DNA from: Thalassoglobus polymorphus
GTDB lineage: Bacteria; Planctomycetota; Planctomycetia; Planctomycetales; Planctomycetaceae
NCBI RefSeq assembly: GCF_007744255.1
Contig: NZ_CP036267.1
Span: forward strand, 1,985,500-2,049,499
Reading direction: 5' to 3'
Length of the DNA: 64,000 bases
The notes under the pieces are model-generated. The model was given only the letters and a program-made list of their open reading frames with translations, made no database searches and was not told the DNA's origin. Of the stretch, positions 21,169 to 30,950 are shown piece after piece. Made by a program: the position numbers and the translations under genes. Position 1 is the stretch's first letter. Each line of letters starts with the position of its first letter.

Positions 21169-22356
21169 ATGCCTTTTAAAATTCCAATTTTGCAGCGATA
21201 CATCCTGTGGGAAGTGCTGCGCGTGTTTGCGTTTGTGCTCACTTGTATTACCGTTTTGCTGGTTTTCGTCGGAGTTTTTCAACAGGCGACCGAACGTGGT
21301 TTGACGCCAGCCCATGCTTTACAGGTCTTGCCGTTTGTCGTTCCACATATGCTCCCGTTCACAATTCCGGCAGCAATGTTGTTGACGGTTTCGCTGGTAT
21401 ATGGACGATTGGCAGGTGATCAGGAAGTGATTGCCGCGAAATCTGCTGGGATACATCCAGTCTCGTTGATGTTACCTGCCCTGTTTCTTGGAGCGACATT
21501 AAGTGCGGGAACGCTGGTTTTAAGCGATCAAATGATTCCGTGGTCTATGACCAAAATTGAACAGCACGCGATTTCAGTCCTGGAAGATGTTTTCATCGAG
21601 CGTTTGCGAACAGAGTTGCAATTCAGCGACCGTGGGACTGGATTACACGTGCATGTTGCTGCCGTGGACGATCGTAAACTGATACATCCGGTCTTTCGCT
21701 ACGCGAAGAATGGTCGGATCGTAACGATGCAGGCTGAAGAAGCAGAACTACGACTCGATCTCAAACGTCAAGAGGTCGTGATTGCGATGACAAACGGGTT
21801 TATTGAGTTGCCGGGCGACCATCGTGTGTTTTTTAGTGGAACGCAGGAAGAACGAATTCGCTGGGAGCGCGAGGATGAAGTCCGCAAGGCACGAGATCTT
21901 CCAATTCTCTCAATCGGAACAGAAATTGAGCAGATCGAATCGTTTCGGGAGACTCAAAAGAAGAAACGAGCCATTCAAGCATTCATGTCGATGACTGGGG
22001 CGAATTTTCAGCAACTCGTAGGGGATGTCAAAACGACCACGAAAGAGCTGAACGGCGATCGCAAACGATACAACAAGCTCAACACCGAAGTGCATAGCCG
22101 CTACGCAATGGCCTGCAGCTGCTTCTTCTTTGCACTTCTGGGAAGTCCAGTCGCCATTCGGTTTGGACAGTCTCAGTTCTTGAAGAGTTTCATGCTCTGC
22201 TTCGTTCCAATTGTGTGTGGATATTATCCGTTAATGCTCGGTTTGATGGCGCAATCCAAAAACGGTCATATTTCTCCAGTATGGTCCATGTGGATCGCGA
22301 ACTTGATTGTGATTGCGTTGTCCTGGTTTGTCATGCGGAAAGTGGTTCGATACTAA
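21169..22356 (+). CDS. LptF/LptG family permease (YjgP/YjgQ)
   Basis: Start MPFKIPILQRYILWEVLRVF is the characteristic LptF/G N-terminus. Six TM segments with a large periplasmic domain between TM3 and TM4. Confidence 0.85.
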   Translation: MPFKIPILQRYILWEVLRVFAFVLTCITVLLVFVGVFQQATERGLTPAHALQVLPFVVPHMLPFTIPAAMLLTVSLVYGRLAGDQEVIAAKSAGIHPVSLMLPALFLGATLSAGTLVLSDQMIPWSMTKIEQHAISVLEDVFIERLRTELQFSDRGTGLHVHVAAVDDRKLIHPVFRYAKNGRIVTMQAEEAELRLDLKRQEVVIAMTNGFIELPGDHRVFFSGTQEERIRWEREDEVRKARDLPILSIGTEIEQIESFRETQKKKRAIQAFMSMTGANFQQLVGDVKTTTKELNGDRKRYNKLNTEVHSRYAMACSCFFFALLGSPVAIRFGQSQFLKSFMLCFVPIVCGYYPLMLGLMAQSKNGHISPVWSMWIANLIVIALSWFVMRKVVRY

Positions 22357-22471
22357 GTGTTCGGAGATGATCTTGTTTTTCAACTGTCCTGCGGAATGTT
22401 GAATGTTCGGATCGTTGTGGCAAGTCCATATCTATCAAATAGTTACGAGTCCTTTTCTGTTTTGGAAGACG

Positions 22472-22499
22472 TTGACACACATGTTGCCCTCCCTATAAT
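22472..22499 (+). promoter_or_regulatory. sigma70-like promoter upstream of trxA (TTGACA-16 nt-TATAAT)
   Basis: Consensus -35 and -10 hexamers read directly from the sequence, about 73 nt upstream of the trxA ATG. Confidence 0.55.
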
Positions 22500-22572
22500 C
22501 CGGTAGTTCGAAGCACAAGCCAATCTCATTTGACCCAGTCTCTTTTGACTAAGCGTAATAAGGATTCAAGTC

Positions 22573-22902
22573 ATGGCAGGTAATGTAGTAGATTTTTCTG
22601 ACGCCACTTTCCAGGATGAAGTGTTGTCCAGCGATCAGCCCGTACTCGTCGATTTTTGGGCTCCCTGGTGCGGTCCGTGTAAAGCGTTGACACCTACCAT
22701 CGAAGCCCTGGCAGATGAATACGCTGGCAAAGTGAAAATTGGAAAATTGAACACTGACGAAAATCGTCAAGTGGCAATCAATTACCAGATCAACAGCATC
22801 CCGACTCTGATCGTTTTTAAAGGTGGAGAACCGGTTCAACGAATCGTTGGTGGCCCTCCAAAAGCACAACTTGCAGAAATGCTTGATGGCTTTACCGGCT
22901 AG
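22573..22902 (+). CDS. trxA: thioredoxin
   Basis: WCGPC active site. 109 aa, full-length similarity to TrxA (VLVDFWAPWCGPCK...IPTLIVFKGGEP). Confidence 0.95.
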   Translation: MAGNVVDFSDATFQDEVLSSDQPVLVDFWAPWCGPCKALTPTIEALADEYAGKVKIGKLNTDENRQVAINYQINSIPTLIVFKGGEPVQRIVGGPPKAQLAEMLDGFTG

Positions 22903-23080
22903 AGCACTTTTGAAAGATGTCCGCGAATAGTCTCGTGGAGATGGGTGATTCATCACATAGAAAGTCAGTCTTCACAGAGTTTGTTTTCACTGAGACGACA
23001 AGCATTGAAAATGCTTGACTTGGGTCTGCTCTGAGAGCAGACCGATTTCATCTTCACATGATCTCGGGGAAGGAGTCCCC

Positions 23081-25318
23081 ATGTCCGAACGAATGGAATC
23101 GTTCCCCATGAATTCTACTCAGAACTCTGACCGGCTTGAACAAGCCGGTCAGATTCTTTCTCATTTGCAGGCTCAACTCTCTGAGCTTGATCGCCGTGAG
23201 CAAAATCTGAATCAGCAAATGTCTGTGCTGATGGAACAACAACGCTCGACGCAGCAAAGCCAGGCAGTTGCGGAACGCAAGGCGAACGAATTGCGACAGG
23301 AACTTCTCGAACGCGAGCAAAAAGTTTCGGCAATCGAGAAAGAGGTCAACGAGCGTCGAACCGCAGCTGAACAACAAGAGGAGTCTGTTCGAAAGAAAGC
23401 AGACGCTCTGGAGTCTCAAAGAGCTCAGTTTGAACGCGAAATGCAGAAGAAGAGAGATGCCTTCGCTGCTGAGTGTCGCGAGAAACAAATTCGTCAACAG
23501 GCGGAACTTGCTAAAGAGTTGGAAGCATCTCGCAAGACGTTTGAAGAGGAATGCAAACAGCGCGAATCGACACTCGACGAACTGATTCGAGAACACGAAC
23601 AAGAATTCGCGGAAAAATCAGAGCGGTTCGAGAGCGAAAAAACGCGGCATCGGCAAAATGTCGAGGATTGGGCGAAGGAAAAAGTTCTCGAAAAGCAAAG
23701 ACTCCAACTCGAACGGCAAGCAAAACTGGAGCAGTTGGAAGCGGACTTCAACAACGAAGTGGCTGAGCATCAAGCGAAGATGTTACAAGAACGACATCAG
23801 CTCGATGAAGAAATTCGTTTGCATCAGCAGTCTGTCGAAGAATGGGAGACCCGACAGAAGGCCGAGAAAGAGGCCTTCGAAACTGAGATGCTGAGTCGCA
23901 CTCAGACATTCGAAACCGAGATGCTGGCGCGCACTCAGGCGTTCGAGCAGGAATCTCTTGAAAAGCAGACTCAATTCGAAGCCGAAGTTCAACGGCAACA
24001 AGAAGAAATCAAAACAGCTCGTCAAGCGTTCGAAGGGGAACAGCTGAGCCATCTCGAACAGGTAGAAGCCTGGGAACTCCAACAGGCAGCGGAAGAGAAG
24101 AAGCTCAAGGAGCAACTGAGAACTGAACGAGAAAATTTTGACGCACAATTAAAGCTGGAGAAAGAAACCTTCAATGAAGAATGTCGTGTTCTGGAAGAAG
24201 AGTTCTCACAGAAAGTTCAGATTGAGAAAGAAAATCTTCTCGAAGAACGGCGACGTCTGAAAGAAGAACTCTCTAAAGAGCTTTCCGAAGAAGCAGCTGC
24301 TTTGAAGGAAGCAAGGCGTCAACTTGAACTGGATCAGCGAGAGCAAAATCGACTGAATGAAGAATGGTCCAGTCAGCGAACAACTGAGCGTTCTCGACTA
24401 CTCGAAGAGCTTGAAGATGTGAAAAAGGAGAAGCTCGCTGCGCTCGATTTGCGTGAGAAGAATCTTCAGCGACGCGAGATCGATTTCGAGAAGCGAACTC
24501 AACTTCATGAAAGACACCTCGATCGTGTCCGGAATGATCTCAATGCAGAGTCAGCAGATTTAGAAAAGCAGCGTCAGAAGCAAAGGTTGTGGAAAGAGGA
24601 AGTTGAACGTGGGATTCGCTTACGGCTCACTCATATGAAACGTTTCCGTGACCTCGTTGGAAAGCGAGAGGACTGCCTGGAAGAAGAACAGAATCTGTTT
24701 GCGGAAACTCGTCGGACTACCGAACGTGACCTTGCTCGCTCGAAGGAACAATTTCTGGAAGAACGTCAACTGTGGTTGCAGCAACGTGCTTTGACACAAG
24801 AGCGGCTTCAGAATCAGGAGAAACGTCTCGACGAAGAGTATGCCTCACTTGTTGAGTCTCACAAACAGGTTGAAGCGCTCAGCGATGAACTGGAAGATTC
24901 ACTTCAAGAGACTTCAAAAACACCTAGCAACCAACCGGTTCAGGCATCGCGGCATCTGAATGGTTTGCTGGCAATCTTAGGGCGGCAGCGCCGTGAGGTG
25001 GAGCAGTCAATTCAACGTCTTCAAGAACGACTCATTGAGATGCGATCAGAAGGTGCCGAACTCTCTTCCTGGCTTGCTGATCAAGATCAGGTTGTCGCTG
25101 AGCGAGAACTTTCGCATCAAGAGAATCTGGAATCACTTTCAACTCGGGAGCAGGAATTCTCCGCGATTCGTGATCAATGGAACGTTGATCGACTTCAGGC
25201 GGAACATATCATTCGAGATTTGGTCACTCAATTGGAAGTGGCCCTTGATCAAATCGCGCGTTTGCAATCAGAACAAGATAAGGATGACGGATTCAGCTCG
25301 ATTTCACAGGCAGCTTAA
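23081..25318 (+). CDS. long coiled-coil protein (E/Q/R/K-rich, about 745 aa)
   Basis: Start at MSERMES, preceded by GGAAGGAG. Almost entirely heptad-like low-complexity sequence with internal repeats (FETEMLSRTQTFETEMLARTQAFEQE). Many spurious antisense ORFs overlap it. Confidence 0.75.
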   Translation: MSERMESFPMNSTQNSDRLEQAGQILSHLQAQLSELDRREQNLNQQMSVLMEQQRSTQQSQAVAERKANELRQELLEREQKVSAIEKEVNERRTAAEQQEESVRKKADALESQRAQFEREMQKKRDAFAAECREKQIRQQAELAKELEASRKTFEEECKQRESTLDELIREHEQEFAEKSERFESEKTRHRQNVEDWAKEKVLEKQRLQLERQAKLEQLEADFNNEVAEHQAKMLQERHQLDEEIRLHQQSVEEWETRQKAEKEAFETEMLSRTQTFETEMLARTQAFEQESLEKQTQFEAEVQRQQEEIKTARQAFEGEQLSHLEQVEAWELQQAAEEKKLKEQLRTERENFDAQLKLEKETFNEECRVLEEEFSQKVQIEKENLLEERRRLKEELSKELSEEAAALKEARRQLELDQREQNRLNEEWSSQRTTERSRLLEELEDVKKEKLAALDLREKNLQRREIDFEKRTQLHERHLDRVRNDLNAESADLEKQRQKQRLWKEEVERGIRLRLTHMKRFRDLVGKREDCLEEEQNLFAETRRTTERDLARSKEQFLEERQLWLQQRALTQERLQNQEKRLDEEYASLVESHKQVEALSDELEDSLQETSKTPSNQPVQASRHLNGLLAILGRQRREVEQSIQRLQERLIEMRSEGAELSSWLADQDQVVAERELSHQENLESLSTREQEFSAIRDQWNVDRLQAEHIIRDLVTQLEVALDQIARLQSEQDKDDGFSSISQAA

Positions 25319-25326
25319 ATGAGTCG

Positions 25327-28300
25327 TCAATCTCGATCCTGTGCTGCTTCGAGTTTATTGAGTAAGCGTTGATAGTTGCTCAAGCACTCCTCAATTTTGG
25401 GCTGCAGGTTCGAAATTTGTTGGTGTTGACTCATCGAGAGTTCTGTCAGCGGTTTGAGCCATTGCTGCATGAGTTCGAACTGAGACTCCAGAACTCCGTA
25501 AACCGTTTTCGGCAAACGATTGACGATTGTAATGCGCTCGTCTGACTTCGTGTTTTCGCCCTCTTCTTCGTCTACGATCTTTGGTCTGTTCTGATCCGAG
25601 GTGCTTCTCGGCTCTTCTGATCGCGCCGAATCAGGAGCAGTGGTGGTCGGAAATGTATCCGGCCATTTCATTTCAAGTGGCGGGACGCTCACATTGATGG
25701 GACGGTTCGAAAGTCGAGCAATTTGTTCCAGTCCGTCTGCCAGTTGTAAGGACATTGCACGAAGTTCTTCACGTAGGACATCCTCGTCAGGGGTGTCGCT
25801 CTGAGAATCTGACTTCGCTGAGAGGGTGGTTGCTCCCTCGTTGACTGCTTTACGAATTGAATCGAGACCATCGCTGAATGTCGTGAGTGTAGCGATCACT
25901 TGACCGACTTTGTCGTCTGATCCGATACCCCGCATTTTGATGTTCTGCTTGAACGTCCGTTTGATGTCGTCCCAACGTTCTTGCTCGCCTGCGGTGAGTG
26001 TTCCTGTCAATTCCTTAAACTTCAACAGGTTGGCTTCTGTTCCGGAGGTCAGTGTCTGAGCATCGTTCTGGTAGCTACTCTGGATCAGCGACTCGATCTC
26101 GTCGCCATTCATGACCGGCAGCACTTTCTCTGCGATACGGTTCATATTTCGATAAGAACCTTGCAGGAGAAATGGTGGCTCGGTGCGGTAATCATCATGC
26201 TGAGCCGCTGAGGTGATGTACTCCTGATTCACCCGCAGAACAACATCGCGGACTCGCATCAGTTTCATCATTGTGTCGACGAAATCGTTCAGCTCTTCCA
26301 TCGAGTAGTTGGCTTCGAAGTCGATTCCCTCAGAGGGAGCTGCGTCCCCACGCAGGGTTCGCTCCGCCATTTTTACAACGGCATACACATCCTTTTGAGA
26401 ACGAGATGCAAGTTTCCCCAGAACGGAATTCGAAGTGAGTGCGTTTTCGATATAGCTCAGTTCAAAGGCATCAGCAGTGTCGCCGATAATTTCACCGAGG
26501 TTGTAGATGTCGGCCCGATTGCTGAGCATGTCCGGGATCTGGAATTTCTCGCCGCTCTCCGTATACGGGTTTCCCGCCATCACAACGGCAACTTTTTTCC
26601 CCCGGAAATCATACGTCTGTGTTTTGCCTTTATAGACACCCTCAATTTTTCGTTGAGCATCGCACAAGCTGATAAACTTTTGCAGGAACTCGGTATGACA
26701 GTGCTGAATGTCGTCGAGATAGATGAGAACGTTGTCACCCATCTCGAAGGCCAGATTCAACTTCTCGACCTCTTCTCGTGCCCCAGCATTTGGAGCAGCT
26801 GCCGGATCGAGTGACGTCACCTCATGTCCCAATGCAGGGCCGTTGACCTTCATGAAGATGATGCCCAGACGATTGGCGATGTACTCCATCAGTGTTGTTT
26901 TTCCGTACCCAGGGGGAGAGATTAACAACAATAGACCTTGGCGATCGGTCCGTTTCCCTTCTCCAGTTGTCCCGATTTGTTTCGCGAGGTTATCCCCGAC
27001 TAACGGCAGATAGACCTGGTCGATCAATTGGTTGCGCACAAACGATGTGAGGACGCGAGGTTGGAATTCCGTGAGCTTCATCGCGTCTCGGTGTTCATCA
27101 ACCAGCTGAGATTTCAACTCATGATAGCGTTTGAAGCGAGGGATGGTCTCGCGTTCAAAAGTGCTCAAGCGATCCAGAAAGTGGTTAAATCGTAACTCAT
27201 AATTTCCGGACTGAATGACAGGGTGTGTCCCGATCATCTTGGTGAGTTTACGTTCCATCTGAGCTGCCACGACAGCCCGTTCATCGACTTGACCATCCAT
27301 GATCAGCTTGGCGATTTCTTCACGATAGTCGAAAACTTCCTCTCCGTTTCCGTAGTTCAGCAGAAAAGCTGTGGTCCAGTCACGTGCAAGTTCGAAAGAT
27401 GCCAGCGTATCGCGCTGAACCGCTTTCATCGCTTTCGTGAAACGTTCCTGCGCATCCAATCGTTTTAAGTGATCATGGAACTCACGAAACAGATCGGCTG
27501 CTGTTTGCGACACAACAAACTGGTTTCCGCGTACTCTGCGTGAATCATCGGTCAGTTCATCAAACAGATACTCAGCAGCTTCATGAACTCGCCCAGACGG
27601 GACTTCGGATGTTCCGTAGAATTCACTTTCTTCGATAAACTCGAGCAGCATCTCGCGAAGATCCGCAAGATACTCTTGTTGTTGATCCGTGCCTGGGAAG
27701 AATTGCGAGATCGTCCCGAAACCGGTTAGAACCTGCTCTTTGAGCTTTTTCGTTTTCGAATCTCCAAAGTTCCACCAGAATAAATTTGCCAAAACGCGGC
27801 TTTGTGAAGAGTACCGCAACAGTCCACAGGCGTTATCAATTTCAAGGAGTGCGTGAAGGATCTTGACGGCATCTTGATCGTGCACCCCTTTCGAGTACCC
27901 TTCCTGATAACGTGGTCCCATGAACTTCTGAACTTCGCTGAGAAGATCAACTTCGTTCATCAGCTGTTTCGCGGACTGCGGCGACGATTGGTCTTCGTAA
28001 GGATTCCACTGTCCGTTTCGTGCGGCCTGTAACATTGTGTAGGCCAGGAATTCAGCCCGGTAGACATCCTTGTTCTCGCTGACAACTTCCATCGTCCAGA
28101 CTGATTGTGTAGAGTTCAGCTCTTCGCTGTTCACCGGTTCGTAGAAGTCTGTCCCTGTCAAATGGTAATTGAGTTCCCCATCGCGAAGGACGGTCGTCAG
28201 GTCGAGGACCTGCGTGTTGACCGAGAAGCGGTGGTTGCCGAATCGGATGACGTGATCGCCATCTTCATACAGTTCCTTCTTGTCTTTCAGTTGCCGGACT

Positions 28301-30804
28301 GCATCTTCGCGAATTGTTTTCAGCCGCGACTGGATATCGTCAACCTTGACGCTGTCTCCCAAGCCTTCCAGATCCGAGATGATATTGCGAACCTTGTCGA
28401 TCATCAGGTCGGAGGCGAAATATCCATGGATATCACTGATCTCCTGGAAGGATTCGATGCGATTCTTCACACCTTTCAGGATACGATCAGCAGCATCGGC
28501 AAGTGCATTGGCCCGTTTGTTTCTCTTCTCGACAAGTTGCATTCGCCGTGAACCAAACGCGCCAGCAACTTCTTCTCGTTTGTCAGCAAGCTGGACGATG
28601 AACTCATCAAACTCGGCAAATTTTCCCTCGAGTTCCTCAAGCTGAACCATTAACTTGGTGAGGTATTCTTCACACTTTTCGGGGGAGTCGCAAACATCGA
28701 GGTAGTTGACAACCGACTGGTTCATCAACTTCAACTGACTCGAAAACTCCGCGGAGCCTTCTACGGATGCCAGTTCCTGAATCTTTCGTTTCAGCGACGC
28801 CCGAGCTGCATTGACGTGCGAGAAGATTCCAGAAATGTTGTCGATGATCGTCGTACGTTGCGTGGCGTCATCGATTTTGAGATTGCTGACAATTTCGATC
28901 AGCATTTCTAATTCGTGCGACGACTCTGCAATCTTCTCTTCGACCTGTTTCGCATCAGCAACCTTGTTGAGATCGTCAATCCCCGCTTGTTCAATCGCGA
29001 CAGCATCGGCATAGGGCTGTAATGCGTCGTCGTTTAACAAAAACTCAACACATCGATGCGAAAGCTGTTCCGCCTGTTCTGCAACTTCTGTTTCCAGCTG
29101 CTCAATCAGTTCCGTGTCGGCATATCGTAAGTCGCGCAAGCCGATAATCTCGCCACGAACACGTCGCAGCCCTGCCAGGGATTTTACGAAGGAGTCGATG
29201 TTGTCAAATCGTCGCCGACCGACTTCATTCAACAATTCACGAGTTTCGCCAGCGACCTGCTGAGTCTGCTCGCGAGTGTTTTGTCGGACACGAACAACTT
29301 TCTCGAACTCATCAACCGCCGATGTCGCTGCGACTTTGATTTGTTGTAACGGTTCACCAAGGTTGGCGGCTTCGGCGTTGTTGATCCAAAAGTAACTGTC
29401 GAGAATATCGCCGGCGTACTTGACCAGATCGACGTACAGGTCTGAGTAGCTGTCTTCTTTCTCGATAAGATTCAAGATCTCGTGACACTCCGCCATTCCG
29501 CGAACGATGTCTCGATTGCCGATCTTGTACAGATAGGAATCTGTGTTCTCAAAAGTTTCGTAATCCTCTCCAACGTACGGAGTTTGCCAGACCTGAACCG
29601 CGTGGTGCTTTTGTGGCTCACCATGAGATTTGAAGAGGATCGTTTCGCCGCCACGGAACATCGTAAAACCGTTACAGATGACCGGAGTGTCGACAACTTG
29701 CTCAATGAGATTGTAACCGAGTAAAACGTACGCACCTTGGACCGGTTGGTAAAAAACATACAGCGTATCCTCGCCATTCGGGGAAGAGACGCGTCGGTCG
29801 AAAATCAATCCTTGAATGCTGGTGTCAAACGTTTTCCGTTCACCACTTTGCAGATAGTACCCGTTGGAAAAAATCAGCCCATGATCATCTGGCAGCAAGA
29901 CGCATGCGTCAGCGATTGAATCGACGCGGCTCGCTTTTTGAATCTTTTCATTGAAGACGATGTAGCGCCAATCCTGCTCCTGGTAAGGCCTGATTTTGAG
30001 CAGAATCGTGTGACCAACCAATGCGTAGAAAATGTCCGCATCGTCGAGCGTCTGGTCCGCATTCTCGACAGGTTCCTCATAGATCCCTGCTCCCGATTCC
30101 GTATTATTCTCAACCTTAATGGTCAGGTCACCGCCGACGGTCTCAACGAAAATTCGGTCATCAATCGAGATATGCGGATGCTCCCCATGTCGCTGCATGT
30201 CTCGCGTGGTCTTCTGCCATTCGAATTCGTGCTGAGCCGGAAAACGAACTTCGTGGTCGCTGCGATTATCGAGATACCGCAGCGTGCTCCCTTCAACCAG
30301 CCACTTAAAAGATTTGATGTCGGTCGGACTTTTCCCAACCTGAAAGACCATATAAAGATGAACACCACGTTTGTAAAACTTCGCGAATGTGGCGCTCTTG
30401 TAATATCGATAGACATCCTGAAAGTCTTTTTCGAACGTCGCATTTTGGAGGAGATCTAAAGGCTCCGGGCTGAACGTTTTGGTCTCATTGTCGAACGAGT
30501 ACACCGCAAACACATCTGCAACATTTCGTTCGGTACGAAGTCCAAACTGGACATTGTATCCGAATAAAAACTGATCCCCAACCGCCACCATGTCGCGCGG
30601 GACACAGTTGTGCTCGGTTGTGATTCTCTCAGTGTTCAGGAGCTTTAGATCGATCGAACCGAAAACTTCTTTGCGGTTCTCATTCAGTTGATCCAAGCGA
30701 CTCCGCAACTCCTCCCCGTGCGACCGCAGCCGATTCCGCAGGATCTCATAGGTCCCGGATTCAAGTTGCGTGGCAGCTTCAGGTTGTTGTGGAGAAGAGT
30801 CCAT
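25327..30804 (-). CDS. giant (1825 aa) protein with one AAA+ ATPase module; function unknown; third gene of the flotillin operon
   Basis: Uninterrupted 5.5-kb ORF. Walker A LLLLISPPGYGKTTLMEY (coding nt about 26899-26907), Walker B VLIYLDDIQH, sensor-1-like VVMAGNP, and Arg residues downstream. The rest is alpha-helical and acidic with no recognisable domain. Confidence 0.9.
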   Translation of the reverse strand: MDSSPQQPEAATQLESGTYEILRNRLRSHGEELRSRLDQLNENRKEVFGSIDLKLLNTERITTEHNCVPRDMVAVGDQFLFGYNVQFGLRTERNVADVFAVYSFDNETKTFSPEPLDLLQNATFEKDFQDVYRYYKSATFAKFYKRGVHLYMVFQVGKSPTDIKSFKWLVEGSTLRYLDNRSDHEVRFPAQHEFEWQKTTRDMQRHGEHPHISIDDRIFVETVGGDLTIKVENNTESGAGIYEEPVENADQTLDDADIFYALVGHTILLKIRPYQEQDWRYIVFNEKIQKASRVDSIADACVLLPDDHGLIFSNGYYLQSGERKTFDTSIQGLIFDRRVSSPNGEDTLYVFYQPVQGAYVLLGYNLIEQVVDTPVICNGFTMFRGGETILFKSHGEPQKHHAVQVWQTPYVGEDYETFENTDSYLYKIGNRDIVRGMAECHEILNLIEKEDSYSDLYVDLVKYAGDILDSYFWINNAEAANLGEPLQQIKVAATSAVDEFEKVVRVRQNTREQTQQVAGETRELLNEVGRRRFDNIDSFVKSLAGLRRVRGEIIGLRDLRYADTELIEQLETEVAEQAEQLSHRCVEFLLNDDALQPYADAVAIEQAGIDDLNKVADAKQVEEKIAESSHELEMLIEIVSNLKIDDATQRTTIIDNISGIFSHVNAARASLKRKIQELASVEGSAEFSSQLKLMNQSVVNYLDVCDSPEKCEEYLTKLMVQLEELEGKFAEFDEFIVQLADKREEVAGAFGSRRMQLVEKRNKRANALADAADRILKGVKNRIESFQEISDIHGYFASDLMIDKVRNIISDLEGLGDSVKVDDIQSRLKTIREDAVRQLKDKKELYEDGDHVIRFGNHRFSVNTQVLDLTTVLRDGELNYHLTGTDFYEPVNSEELNSTQSVWTMEVVSENKDVYRAEFLAYTMLQAARNGQWNPYEDQSSPQSAKQLMNEVDLLSEVQKFMGPRYQEGYSKGVHDQDAVKILHALLEIDNACGLLRYSSQSRVLANLFWWNFGDSKTKKLKEQVLTGFGTISQFFPGTDQQQEYLADLREMLLEFIEESEFYGTSEVPSGRVHEAAEYLFDELTDDSRRVRGNQFVVSQTAADLFREFHDHLKRLDAQERFTKAMKAVQRDTLASFELARDWTTAFLLNYGNGEEVFDYREEIAKLIMDGQVDERAVVAAQMERKLTKMIGTHPVIQSGNYELRFNHFLDRLSTFERETIPRFKRYHELKSQLVDEHRDAMKLTEFQPRVLTSFVRNQLIDQVYLPLVGDNLAKQIGTTGEGKRTDRQGLLLLISPPGYGKTTLMEYIANRLGIIFMKVNGPALGHEVTSLDPAAAPNAGAREEVEKLNLAFEMGDNVLIYLDDIQHCHTEFLQKFISLCDAQRKIEGVYKGKTQTYDFRGKKVAVVMAGNPYTESGEKFQIPDMLSNRADIYNLGEIIGDTADAFELSYIENALTSNSVLGKLASRSQKDVYAVVKMAERTLRGDAAPSEGIDFEANYSMEELNDFVDTMMKLMRVRDVVLRVNQEYITSAAQHDDYRTEPPFLLQGSYRNMNRIAEKVLPVMNGDEIESLIQSSYQNDAQTLTSGTEANLLKFKELTGTLTAGEQERWDDIKRTFKQNIKMRGIGSDDKVGQVIATLTTFSDGLDSIRKAVNEGATTLSAKSDSQSDTPDEDVLREELRAMSLQLADGLEQIARLSNRPINVSVPPLEMKWPDTFPTTTAPDSARSEEPRSTSDQNRPKIVDEEEGENTKSDERITIVNRLPKTVYGVLESQFELMQQWLKPLTELSMSQHQQISNLQPKIEECLSNYQRLLNKLEAAQDRD

Positions 30805-30911
30805 TAATAATCAATATTGAAAACAGGGATTGAAGACGACTGTAAATAGAGAATGTTCTACGTGCCTACGAAATTCAGTAGTGGCGGCGATTTACTGAAT
30901 AATTCCTAAGG

Positions 30912-30940
30912 TTTTCCGGACACATCAAGTGTCCGGAAAA
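30912..30940. promoter_or_regulatory. Perfect 12-bp palindromic stem-loop in the flotillin-ATPase intergenic spacer
   Basis: TTTTCCGGACAC-ATCAA-GTGTCCGGAAAA. Begins 11 nt after the flotillin stop, within the 146-bp spacer. There is no U-tract on either strand. Confidence 0.5.
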
Positions 30941-30950
30941 CTCGCAGCGG

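Noticed and set aside
23054-24148. Multiple antisense/alternate-frame ORFs inside the coiled-coil gene (e.g. 23054-23602, 23783-24148)
   Set aside because: These are low-complexity artefacts of the GAA/CAG-rich coding strand. They give Leu/Phe/Ser-rich translations with no starts in good context.
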